This document shows positions 11,985 through 24,330 of a DNA stretch of 64,000 nucleotides, piece by piece. The stretch is from NCBI RefSeq assembly GCF_006345805.1, contig NC_043015.1, positions 33,480,001 to 33,544,000 of the forward strand, given 5' to 3'. This DNA is from Octopus sinensis (lineage: Eukaryota). Under the pieces are notes generated by a model. It searched no databases and was not told where the DNA came from. It was given only the letters and a program-made list of their open reading frames with translations. Position 1 is the first letter of the stretch. Each line of letters starts with the position of its first letter. The position numbers and the translations under genes are program-made.

Positions 11985-13495
11985 ACCTCAAATTCCTATA
12001 CATATATAATGAAATCAAAACCATTAATATCTCTGATGCTTTGTTAAGAGGGACACGAATGACCTCTGGCATAAAAACTGCTTCTACTGTTTTTCAAAGT
12101 ACAATAGAAAGGACCTTGGGAGGTGATATATAAAAAACGACATATTCTATCATGACATAGATTTGAGTGCAACTTGCAATATTGAAACATCACAAATAAC
12201 AAAGATATTTGGGATATTCCATTTCAGAGGGATGTGATTCTTCAGATCAATGTTTCAGCGAGAAAATATTGGATGTATTTCCTTTCTCTAAGAAAGAATT
12301 GGAATTAGTTTTAGGAATGGTGAATTTTTATGGGTGGTATTTAACAAAATATTTTGAAATGATTAAAACATTTGCAAAATGGCACCAAAAAAATGTTAAT
12401 CTTGCTTGCACTATTGTTCACCAAATGGCATTCAAGAATTTTGAAAAGTGCTCTTGTTTAAAGTTCTCTTGTGCAGATGTTTGATGTCAGCAAAAATGTC
12501 AATGCATGTGAGAATTCTAAAAATGCTAAATCAAGAATTCTAAAGTAGGATAACCCACCTAGTGCTATATTTATTTAAGAGGTCAACTTGTGCTGAATTT
12601 AATTATTCAGGAACTGAGAGACTTCACCAACTGTAGGGACCACAAACCATCTCTTTCATATTTTAAAAATTTCTGCTTAGATAAAATCAAAAGCACCATC
12701 CGTTCGTGTCCGTTGCCAGCCTTGCCTGGCCCCCGTGCCAGTGGCACATAAAAAGCACCATCCGTTCGTGGCCGTTTGCCAGCTCTGTCTGGCACCTGTG
12801 CGGGTGGCACATAAAAAGCACTCACTACACTCACGGAGTGGTTGGCATTAGGAAGGGCATCCAGCCGTAGAAACACTGCCAGATCTGACTAGGCCTGATG
12901 AAGCCTTCCGGCTTCACAGACCCCAGTTGAACCGTCCAACCCATGCTAGCATGGAAAACGGACGCTAAACGATGATGATGATCTTGAATTCATCTGTAAC
13001 TCACAAAGAAATTCCAGGTGTATAAGTCTTTGAGGATACTAAAATGGACTACCCAAAACATGGTAAATGATTTCAATACCTACATTAGCACTTTTGTTTT
13101 AGATTGTAAACAAGAGACAACAGTTATGATGAAGATGATGATAAATTCATATACTGTATAGGAACTGACATGTTGCATTCTGATTGACTAGTCTTAAAAA
13201 ACACTACATGATCAGATATTAGGCAAAATCTTATCCAGAATATATATATAAAAATACAAAAAAAAATTTTAAAAAGAATGCTTGAACTAACTGCTCCACG
13301 GCTGAAAGACCCAACAGGCATGTTAAACCGATTAACTCTGGAAAACCGTTTTCTTTGCAATACTGATCTTGTTCCATCAGAAATAACTAGGAGGCAAATC
13401 ATTAATATTGTTCATGGAGATATCCATTGTGGCTCACCACCCCAAACACTGGAACTTGGTCGGATTATTCATATAATATTGAGAACTTATCAATT
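11985..13495 (+). pseudogene. Ty3/gypsy LTR-retrotransposon pol fossil (RT, connection, integrase zinc-binding region), interrupted at 12689-12982
   Basis: KTINISDALLRGTRMTSGIKTASTVFQSTIERTL (RT, cf. TINTPxGLxRxTRLPFGIKTAS), a degenerate YxDD region (NDIFYHDI), YLGYSISE...KKELELVLGMVNFYGWYL...HQMAFKNFEK, then DQILGKILSRI and LTLENRFLCNTDLVPSEITRRQIINIVHGDIHCG (H2C2 region). The RT-to-INT order is the gypsy order. Confidence 0.8.
12689..12982 (+). mobile_element. Retroposon 3' fragment ending in (GAT)n (family D; RTE-like tail inferred)
   Basis: Two internal aaaagcaccatccgttcgtg repeats, then gtggttggcattaggaagggcatccagccgtagaaac...ccaacccatgctagcatggaaaacggacgctaaacgatgatgatgat. Shorter copies near 4505-4610, 9010-9090, 20103-20294, 39422-39594 and 56050-56145. 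Confidence 0.75.
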
Positions 13496-13496
13496 T

Positions 13497-13650
13497 GTGG
13501 CTGTGTGGTAAGAAGCTTGCTTCCCAACCACATGGTACCAGGTTCAGTCCCAGTGTGTGACACTTTGGGCAAGTATCTTCCACCATCTTCTCAAGCCAAC
13601 CAAAGCATCGTGAGTAGATTTGGCAGACGGAAACTGAAGGAAGCTTGTCA
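13497..13650 (+). mobile_element. Family B SINE 5' half, followed by (TA)n
   Basis: gtggctgtgtggtaagaagcttgcttcccaaccacatggtaccaggttcagtccc...gatttggcagacggaaactgaagg. Confidence 0.85.
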
Positions 13651-13752
13651 TATATATATATATATATATATATATTGATCTATATACATATAGATATATA
13701 TAAATATATATATTGATCTATATACATATATATAGATATATATACATATATA

Positions 13753-13839
13753 GGCACCCATCATTGACCCTATCATATCACTGACTCCTTCACCTGCACT
13801 TCTGGCAATGTCATCTATGGCATCTCCCGTTCTCTCTGT
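13753..13839 (+). pseudogene. Penelope-like element GIY-YIG endonuclease fragment
   Basis: GTHH*PYHITDSFTCTSGNVIYGISRSLC matches the PLE motif I..SFTCTS.NVIY.I.C..C that precedes YIGQT. Confidence 0.7.
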
Positions 13840-13867
13840 GTATACACACACACACACATATCCCTAT

Positions 13868-14042
13868 ATTGTTCAAAACAGTTTGATTCGGATTCCATGC
13901 TACTTCAAGTTTCGCAAGCCCCTGCCAAAGCCCCTGTCTCCTCAGGCATTCGGATATCCCACCAGCCTGAGGAGACAGGCTCTGTCAGGGGCTTGCGAAA
14001 CGTGAAATAGCACGGAATCCAAATTGATCTGCTTTAAACAAT
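13868..14042. mobile_element. Fold-back MITE (~80-bp arms, ~17-nt loop)
   Basis: attgttcaaaacag...gtttcgcaagcccctg...cctgtctcctcaggc pairs with gcctgaggagacagg...caggggcttgcgaaac...ctgctttaaacaat. Confidence 0.85.
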
Positions 14043-17000
14043 ACATATAACTCCCAATAAATGTATTGAATGCCTTTTCTTTCATTTGTCCTCTCAGTCA
14101 TTCGTGTGTGTGTGTGTGTGTGTGTATACATATATTTGAGTGGAAAACTAATTAAAAATAATCATGCAATTGGACAACAAAACTCCCTTTATGAGTGCTT
14201 AGAATCTACAATATTTAAGGAATATAACTTCAATAAAATCATTTAATTGAAATTTTGAAAAATATAGAAAATGTTGTTTAAGTGTGGCATATGCACATAT
14301 ATGCACACATATGCACACGCATCTTTTGTTTACCCTCTCTCTCTCATCTCCTAAAGTAAGGAATTCGACACAATTTAGCCGAATTCCAATTCTTTATATA
14401 TATATATTACATACCACCACTCCCACCCTTCCCTTAGAAGATGCATACACTATTGTTATGACAGAAACAAAAACAAAAGAACAAATATAAAGTTGTAATG
14501 CTGCAAACACACACGGACACACAGACACACATTTCTATAGAAGATGTTAAGCCCAAAAAGATATGATTTCACAAAAATAAAAACAATAAAAAATCTACAC
14601 AATCAGCGTAGTGGAAACATCTGTAGCCTTCCAAACAATTTTTTGCATCATAAAAATGATTTTAGCAACGAAAGCGATTTTCAAAGCATAAACAGATGAA
14701 AACAGATGAGAACAAGCAGAGCTTCGTGGAGTAAATATATGACAGTTTTCACGTGAACACAAAGAGTAGATCACCAATAAATACATGAAACAGAGCAGAA
14801 AGAAGACATTTTGGTGTCATCTTCTTTGTCTTCATATTCTTCCTTTGCAGTTTGCTGTTTAAAGAGAAGCCACAGATACGCATATTTTACAAAGGACTTC
14901 ATTTTATAAGAGTGGCTTAATAAACTGTAGTACTTCACATGTGAACTTTCTGCCAGGTTAAGCTGGAATTTCACAGATAATTGCCATTGTAATTCCATAT
15001 ATGTACACACACACACACACACACACACAATTGCTTTTCCGATATTAGCTGCTGCGGTGAAAATGTGGCTCAACAAATAAGACAAGCATATTTCGTTGTA
15101 ATGTCTTGCCCTCTAGCAATCATCACAGGAAGCATTCTTCGTTTTACTTAAGACAAGAGCTATTATAAAATGAACAAGGAAAATAAGAACTGCCAGAAAC
15201 ACCATCACAACAACAACAACAACATCAAGAACTACACTAGCAAGCTATTACTACTTTGTAGTACAAATTATGAAGTCAAAGAGAGAATTAATTCGCTCCA
15301 GCAAATGTTAACTGTCCAAGAGATATTTTTGTGCAGTAACTAATAATAACTTGGTTTTGATAATTGCATATTAGGGAAAGCTTACTGAGGGCCTAGGTAG
15401 AAAATAATGCAATAAGTGGAGCACAATTTACAATTGTTAAACATGTTCTGTTGTTCATCTGCTGATATACTTACTCCTATACGCCTCTGCTTACCTACAG
15501 TTATCAACATCTCTGTGAAATACACATTATAGAGTAGCCGTATATAATTGATATTATAGTTGTAGCAGAGTAATGAAGACTACCAGGTCTGATAATGGCT
15601 ATCATCAACACTACAACACCATCACCAGTACTACAACATCACCATAACAATAATGCAATCGGCAATGCAACGCCATTCCCACTATCACCATAACACTAGA
15701 ATAGAATTTCTGAAAGATTAGAGAGCCTCTAGGATGTCACTTAATATACTAGAAATAGCAGCAAAATCTCCAGTCCAAGCTTTGTTGTCAAAATAAAGGA
15801 TACATTGAACAACAAAGAAGCCCTTTATATGTAAAAAGACAGTATGATCATAGCTGGTATATATTCAATTATAGATTTTTCTCAATTACAACTGACTTGG
15901 GTCAAAACAACCACCCCAAACTCCATCCATCCATGCTTCTTCTACCCTGATAATAACAATACTTGTCCCTTGTGTAACAAGTTCAATGTCGCTTAGCTGG
16001 AGATTAGTGTTCTAAATCCACAGTTAGGCTTAATCCAAAGACAATCTAACCTCAGGCACTGTACAGTTTCAACCACATTCACCAGAATTCTCCTCTTTGA
16101 AGAGGTTGAGCGTGATTTAAGGGGATCTGGCTGTGATTTCTAGTGAATCATGTAACCACATAGAGACTGATTGATAGATCCTTTAGAATGGAGAAATTCT
16201 ATTTCAATCCTATTAATTACCTCACCAAAGCAATGAACAAACAGTTGGTAGAATACAGTTGTTATCACTGAGAATTATCTTTGGAAACCTCTCCATTCTA
16301 GTTCAGTTCTTCATATATTTGGTAGTCTCCAAATAATACCTTTAGGAAATTATCCTACAACATATTTGGTCAGAAAAACCATGTGGGTATATATGTAACT
16401 TGCAGTCAAAATAGTACCAGTCACCTAACAATGCTTGTCACTGGAGCCTACTATGATGACCAGTGGAGTGGGGAGAGTGCGGTACAACCTTTTGTCACTT
16501 AAAGCTAGTGATGTCTCATAATTAGGCTGAATGTGAGATGGCTACCATTTGACAAAATGTGGTAATCACCCCCCCCCCGCCCCAAGATATTGGCATCACG
16601 AGGATGTCCAGTTGTGAGCTGTTTAGGGAAATGCCCAAGAGATGCGAAATGCATTCGTGTTCTTTCAGTCATGTTCCTGCTTGTTGTCACTGCACTGTTT
16701 TATTTGTTCCGCAAACCTAGGACAATGCTGGTTCTTATTTATTGATCATTGACATACCGCGTGAATTAGGAGTTAAGAAATTTTTATAGTAAGATGGTAC
16801 TATTCTACTAAATAGTTACAGACTATAATGATTGTAGCAGTGTTATATAGCAAATATGACGAATCATGAGAGAGAGAGAGAGAGAGAGAGAGAAATAAGG
16901 AAAAAGTGAGATATCTGAATTGTTTGTTGGGCCATGTCATTAGCAGTGAACATGAATCATTGCAATGAGAATGGTGAAACAAAAGAAGAGACAAAGAGAA

Positions 17001-17371
17001 AGGAGGAGGAGGAAGAGGAGGGGGAGTCAAGGAAGTAAAAGCTCTAAATTTGAAGAATTACTTAATGTTACTAGAAAAGAAGTTAGGATGTACAGAATAT
17101 GAAAGCTGCAATGGTTAAATGGTTGGATGGAAGACATGAAGATATATATATATATATATATAAAATATATAGTTATATTGATTGATTTAATACATGGTGG
17201 TTTGGAGGGGATGAAGAGTAGAATAGTGGTGGTGTCAGAGTGGATTGTGGTGGTTTATAGCTCCAGGTTAGCACTGAACCAGATGTCCTATGATACCAAG
17301 GTAGCCTCAGTTTTACTATGACTCCATCTAGCTAAGGACCACAAACTGCACTTAGTATGATTCATCACACA

Positions 17372-17810
17372 TAAGGCAGTGAATTGGTAAAACTATTAGC
17401 ATGCTGGGTAAAATGCTTAGCAGCATTTCATCCATCCTTATGTTCTGAGTTCAAGTTCTGCCAAGGTCGACTTTACCTTTCACCCTTTCGGGGTTGATAA
17501 AATGAGTACCAGTCAAACATGGGTTAATGTTATTGACTTAACCCCTCCCCAATATTGCTGGCTTTATGCCAAAATTTGAGACCAAGATGATTCATACAGT
17601 GAGCTGGCAGAACCATTAGCATTCCAGGCAAAATACTTAGTGGCATTTTGTTTGTCTTTAATTTATGAGTTCAAATTCCAGAGGTCAACTTTGCCTTTCA
17701 TCCTTTCAGGGTCAATAAAATAAGTACCAGTTGCACACTGAGGTTGATGTAATTGACTTGCCCCTTCTCCCGAAATTGCTAGCCTTGTGCCAAAATTTGA
17801 AACCAATATG
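17372..17810 (+). mobile_element. Two family A SINEs in head-to-tail tandem
   Basis: Two successive gagttcaa...gtc(g/a)acttt(a/g)cctttca...gtaccagt cores (about 17445-17510 and 17667-17730), separated by atgattcataca, which echoes the left flank atgattcatcaca. Confidence 0.8.
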
Positions 17811-19049
17811 ATTGGTCACATGCAGTAATGAACCGTACATGATGTGGTATGACAGGCCAGGCATGTTGCACTGTCCAGGCTGCTTCTGTAGTCAATGACG
17901 ACCGACATGAATTCCACTGTGATGCAGTCAGTGTGTTATGCTTCCCACTCTGTCCAGTTTATTTCTGTTCTCTGCAGATCCTGCTAATGGCTCTCGCAGA
18001 GACAAGGAAGGTTGACCTAGCATGACACCAGCTGTTCCTCTGCACTTAATGGTGTGAGTCCCAACACATTTGGGGTCAATATGGTTTTTTGAAGATACAG
18101 CTGTATATGTTACTTGTATTTGTCTGGTCTCACTGGAAGATGTGTGTATGTGGGGTTGTATTGGTGGTAATAGTGAGGTGGTGGTCGTGGTGGAAGTAGA
18201 GGAATGTGTCAGCTATGAGGTGGTTGTGGTAGTGTTACCACTAGTGGTGTATCAGCACTGTGGTGGTGGCAGTAGAGGAGTGTGGTGGTGGTGGTGGTAG
18301 TAGTGATAACAGTAGAGGAGGGTATCAGCAGTGAGGGTCAGTAATGACTGATCAGTGTAACATTAAATGGAATCATTTAAAACTGAAGAAACCACTTATA
18401 GATGGAAAGAGGCGGTGGAGGAGGAGGAAACTGCAGAAAGGTGCGGAACAGAGGAAGCAATTCTGATGGAGAAAGACAACTGAAGTGGCATGTTTCACTT
18501 TTAGCTAAAAGAACAGCAGCTTAAAAGATGGGGAAAAAAATACTGATGAAGAACAAGAAAAGAAGTTCTAAGAAAAATAATAACAAGAAAAAAAAGAAAA
18601 AAAAAAAGCAGTGAAATAGTGATGGTGGTGGCGATGATGATGATGATGATGGAGAAGAAAATGAAAAGAAATCAAAGAAGAGTGTTTTTAATGGATAAAA
18701 AGAAAATAATAATAAAAAAAAAAGATTTGTGAGATAAGAGTTGAAATATCTTCAGTTACTGTTTTATGGAAGAATTAGTTTTAGAAAACTTTTGCCAAAA
18801 GTGAACAATGAAAATAGATTTTAGTGAGAAATGGAGCGAGAAATACACGCATGGAAATGGTAGAAAGAAATCAAAATATCAGTTTTAGCCACAACTATTC
18901 TATATTGAGTCTTTTTTTGCTGTAGTTGGAGCATCTGCAAATCTTGAGACATATATATATAAGTATTCTTGTTTAGCTGCTGGTCAGCCCTGACCCAGCA
19001 AACCTATGATTCAAAGGGGTGACCATTCCATCTTTTTATACATCTAGAA

Positions 19050-19298
19050 CAATGTTTCTCTGCCATTTTTCACCTATGGACCCCTCTGATTCCTATTTAC
19101 ATGGATGGAGCCTTCTAGCAATTTGATGTTCAAAAAATCCCTTACATTTTTATAATCAAATATTATTAGGAACTGTATAAAAAAATGTTTAATATTTTGT
19201 GTATTGAAGAAGTATAACCAATTCATTGCACATAAATTTTGAAAACAAAATCTTATATGGACCCCAAGGGTCATATGGACCTCAGTTGAGGACCACTG
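19050..19298 (+). mobile_element. hAT-like MITE with perfect 8-bp TSD
   Basis: TSD atctagaa at 19042-19049 and 19299-19306; ends caatgtttctc / gttgaggaccactg; interior shared with 3014-3337. Confidence 0.85.
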
Positions 19299-20102
19299 AT
19301 CTAGAACTATGTTGCCTGACCAAAGCCTTTTGAGTGGACCTATAATTGTTTTCACTGATATTGGAACTGGAAGACACCAATAGTATTTTTTTAAACAATA
19401 AATAAGATTTCACTGAAAAGGTCAGAATACAGCAAAAACATGTTCAGAGTTAATTTTCATTTGTACTTGCTGTAAAATAAATATTTTTTAAAAGCCATTC
19501 TCCAATAACAGTTTTTTCTTACTGCATATTTGTTTTAGTTTTAGCCTCTATATCCTGCCAATTTTTGAAGAAATACAAAAATCTAAAAAGTTGGAAATCC
19601 AGCATTTCATATCAAATTAATTCACTGTAACATATTTTTAGCTAATTAACCTTTATCTCAAGTTAGCTTTTTAATATGTCATGTATTAAATATGCTAACA
19701 CTAAATGAACTATCAACTTAACTTTGGTGAAACACAAAACTGTCTTTGTTAGTGAAAGGCTGCCATTCCTGCACTCAGCACTGCCAGATGCAGCAATGGA
19801 AAGCAGTGAAACGTACCTGCACATAATAACCTTTTTACAGCTAGGCGGAGTGTATCAACAATGGACTTTATGAATGAGATGATGTAGGTCTGCGTTACAG
19901 AGCGAATGTGAATACTATATTCAGTGACACTAAATGCAAGGAGGTGTGTGTGGGACTTTACAAACCTGTCCAACCCGTTAAAAATAACAGTAATGGAAAA
20001 TGTTGAATCTTATGGAGGAGCTGACAGAGGATTGAAATATGTGGTGCATTGCTGCACTTAAGAAAATCTGCCCACCACAACAGAACTGAGATCCTAAAAC
20101 TA

Positions 20103-20294
20103 AGGTGTCACATAAAAATCACCCAGTACACTCTGTAAAGTGGTTGGCATTAGAAAGGGCATCCTGCCATAGAAACCTTACCAAAACAGACATGGAGCCT
20201 GGACAGCTCTTCAGCTGGTCAGTTCCTCTCAAACCATCCAACCCATGCCAGCATGGAAAACGGATGCTAAATGTTGTCAATGATGATGATGAAA
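20103..20294 (+). mobile_element. Family D retroposon 3' fragment
   Basis: cacccagtacactctgtaaagtggttggcattagaaagggcatcc...ccaacccatgccagcatggaaaacggatgctaaatg...gatgatgat. Confidence 0.75.
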
Positions 20295-21438
20295 CATTTT
20301 GGTATAAGTTAAAATGGTAATGGACGCAGCAGTAGTGTTGGTGGTGGTGTGATAGTGTAGTAGCAGTGTTGGCAGTTGCAGTGTTAGCATTGATGGTGGT
20401 GGTGATATTTAACAAGAACGTGACTTATGTGAATGGTTGGCAGAATGGAAGTTGATGAAAAGAAACATTGAATTAGCACCATCCCATTCTTTCACCCCCC
20501 ACTCCATTTTTCTACAATGTTACATTGCCACACCCAACCTTTTTATGTGACCCCCACGCACTATCTTCCTCAACCCCAGGGCCTTAACATTCCTTTACTT
20601 TACAGAACAGGTGAAACAATCAAACAGAAATGAACCCCTTAAGACAACAGAAAAAGGGTGACGTTTCTGAAGAATACTGAGAGAAGGGGAGGGAGAAAGT
20701 AAAAGAGAAAAAGAGGAGATGAGAGAAGAAGAGGAGGAGGAGGAAGAGATGAAAGAAGGAGAAGACAGAGGAAGAAATTAGAAGAAAATCCATATAAGAT
20801 GAGAAGATAAATCATTGACAGCATTAAGAAAATTAGTTCCAAGAGAATGATTCTGTCAGAGACCTACCCTCTCCAAAGCAATTTCTTCATATTCCCAATC
20901 TTGTTCAAAATCAACCTGAAAAGATAAAAAAAAAAAAATAATAATGAAAATCCCATCAGTTTATTAAGTGATTAACAATGTAACATGGTATCGAGTAACA
21001 TTTTTTGAAAAATCAGTAAAATAAAACGAAATTTTTTTTTTTTAAATTGCAATAAAAATAAACAACTAAAGTTAAATCCAAAGATAACTGAAGAAAGGAT
21101 GGCATTGATGGGAAAGAAAAAAACAAAAACATTGAATAAATTAGATTTACTATAAAGAAAACTTAACTCTTTCAAAATTTTCTAATTAAATTAAATTTCT
21201 CTCTACTTAAACCAGAAAATGCTTGATATCATACGATAGCAGAGAAAAAGGATTTCAGGGGGAAAGGTTGAAACGAAACAGAATAAACATGAAAAAGGGT
21301 AGGAATACAGATTAAATGGATCGTAGAAGCCTCTCTGGTTTCACTTTCCATCTTCAGGTGTTCCTCTTACAGAATATTGTAGTTTGGGAAGCAGTTTTAA
21401 TGAACTATAAAAGGATGAATTATTGAAAAACAACATGT

Positions 21439-21960
21439 AATTATAAATACCATCTGTGTATCATAATATATACTATTGACAGGCATGATGCTGTAGCTTT
21501 TGTCTGAGAGAAGAATCTCTTCATAGACAAGTATTAAAAACACAATTTACACTTCACCCCTCTTGGGGTTTTTCCATGGTATGTATTCAGCAGTTAAATG
21601 CCTAGATGAAATCTGTCAACTCTGATAAATAGCAAAGTGATGCTGCTGAAAGCTTGTCAGGTGAAAATTAACTCAGTGTACACAATTGAAACAGTATTAA
21701 ATTATAAATGCCATCTGTGTAGTATACTTAAAACACACACACACCATTGACAAGCATGATGCTGTGGTTTTGTCTGAGGAAATGCCTTTCCATAGACATG
21801 TATTGAAAACATATCCTAGCAGCAACTCACAGAAAATACCAGTTGCCTTTTTTCCTTATAGGACCTTGTCAATGATGTATACCCTGTAGTCACAGGCCTA
21901 GATGAAATATGACACTGTGAATTGTTGCTGGGATGATATTCAACTGTAATGTACATCAGC
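21439..21960. repeat. Old, diverged tandem duplication, period ~261 bp
   Basis: aattataaataccatctgtgta (21439) / aattataaatgccatctgtgta (21700), with collinear shared blocks attgaca(g/a)gcatgatgctgt, ttttgtctgag, tcatagaca(a/t)gtatt and gcctagatgaaat. Confidence 0.75.
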
Positions 21961-23932
21961 ATGATACAAAGTGTGTAACAATGCTGTAACATTGAATTAT
22001 GGGCACAAACTATCTGACAAGCTGCTTTCTATACACATTCCATCCACCCAGTTTCACTCACTAGCCATGTATTGATCTGACGCCATACACAATGCCATTC
22101 ACCTAAGATGCCATCCAGTGGTACTAACCTGACACTGCAAAGTGAACTTAACCATTTGCCACACAGTGCCTATACGCATACACATTATCACTCATCTATA
22201 TATATACACACAGAACTACACATATACATACATTATTACAGATATACATTACACATGCACACACATGCACATGTTATTGTACAAACAGAAGCACATATTG
22301 TATACACATCCACTACATATTATACACACATAGACAGAAATTGTATACATTTGTATACATGGTGCTGTTTCGTTGGGATAATTGTAGGAAAAAATCAAAA
22401 TTTGATATGTGGTGGATGGAAGAAAGAGAGATTTTTCAGAAGAGATGGGAACTTCTGAGGAATGAGGTAATGGTTTTGTGTATCTAAGTATGTATGTATA
22501 ATTGTGTGTGTATGTTTGCGTGTGTATGTGTGTATAAGTGGGATAGATATGTGTTCAAATTGAGCATGTAATGTGTATTAAAATAGGTGTGCACGCACAT
22601 GCCTAAATTACACAAGTGAGATGTGTGTATACATTCAGTTTTGAAGCAAAATATGGTATGTTTATTCTGCACCTTCTGTGTAGTTTGTGTATAAAATACA
22701 AAAACAAAAGTCTTGAAGTATAAATTCCAGAAAGATGAAGTTCTGAGGATGAAATCAGATTTTATATTTTAAACAAAGAGTAAATAAAAACCTTGAAAAT
22801 CTTCTAAATTTTCAAAATCTTAAAAATAATAACAATAATGTTACCTACAACAATAGTAGCAACAAATACTAGAAAACATAAAGAGCTTATGTAGAAAATA
22901 TGCGCATTAAATGCAGCAACTATTGCCTGGAAAGAAAGTTCTATAAATGGCAAGAGATTCTGTTGCAAAATCTGCTGGAGTGTTGGGGGTTAAAAATCAT
23001 CTATTTTATAAGATTAAGAGTTTTAACCCTCAGATTTAGAATAAAGAAGGAAATGGAAAGAGAAATATTCTTTGTAGGCAAACTGTTACATTAGAATGTG
23101 TTTTGGATGTGGAACTGGTTCTTAAGACTGTTTTAAAAAAGACTGTCATTTGGGGGCACAGAATAAGTTGAATTTTGGTTAAAATATTAAGATTTCTCTT
23201 TTTTTCTTTTTATTGCAGTTCTTCCTCTTTTACTTCAATTTTAATGGAAAAATCTCAGTAAATTTTATTTAGTTAAATATTTATTAAAAAAGAAATTCTC
23301 TAAAGTGTTCCAAATCTATAGTCATGCAACGATTATGGTTAATATGAATATTGATAACTCTAATAAATAAATAAAAAATACCAGATTATTAAAATAGTAT
23401 AAAAAAATAAAGCATAATGGCATAATATTGAAGAAACATGTTTTATCAAAGGCATTTAAGTTGGTTAGATTCTCAAATGCATTCACAAAGTGTCTTTCAT
23501 CTTTAAAAAAGAAAAGAGAAAAGGAGAAGAGAAAAATAAAAGAGAAAACCTGAGACTTGTGTCAGTAAGTTCAGTGAAGGAAGAATATATCTGACAATTT
23601 AGGAACTCTGAGAAATGGCAACAGACAGAGAGAAAGAAAGCTAAGAGTGATTGTGGTTGACACTCAGAAATGGGACCAACAATGACCAATTGTAGCGGTG
23701 GTTGATGGTTCTGTTTGCAACCACGAGGTTATAAGGTTCCAACCCACTGTGAATTTTCTGCCATGGCACCAGTTCAACTCAAGTCTTGTGAATGAAATCA
23801 GGAAAACAGGAAGAGCATGGCACTCATCATGTGGAATGGCCCTTTAATTTCATGAGCCAATGTAACACTTGTCTGTGTTAAGACTAAGTTTACATGAGGG
23901 CTGAGGAATACTCAGCCACTTGATACTATATA

Positions 23933-24330
23933 GGGACAGGTGTTGCTGTGTGGAAAGAAACTTGCTTTCCAACCACATGGCTCCAGGTTCAGTTCCACTG
24001 CATGGCACCTTAGACAAGTGTCTTCTGCTATCATCCAAGACCAACAAAGGTTTTGTGAAGGGATTTGGTAGATGGAAACTGAAAACAGATGTGTGCGTGC
24101 ACAATGGGCCGTGTGCATGTCTGTGTGTGCTTGTCCCCCGTTACTGCTTGACAACTGGTCTTGTTGGTTTGCTTACATGTCCATACTTAGCAGTTTGGCA
24201 AAAGATACCGATAGAATAAATACCAGGCTTTGAAGAAAAAAGTACGAGGACTGGAGTCAATTTTACTAAACTCTTCAAGGCGGTGCTCCAGTATGGCTGC
24301 AGTCCAATGACTGAAACAAGTAAAAAGGAA
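23933..24330 (+). mobile_element. Family B SINE, near full length
   Basis: gctgtgtggaaagaaacttgctttccaaccacatgg...ggatttggtagatggaaactgaaa...ggcggtgctccagtatggctgcagtccaatgactgaaacaagtaaaa. Confidence 0.85.

Noticed and set aside
12890-12930. CTGATGA followed by a hairpin (hammerhead-like)
   Set aside because: No GAAA after the stem; it is part of the family D retroposon body.
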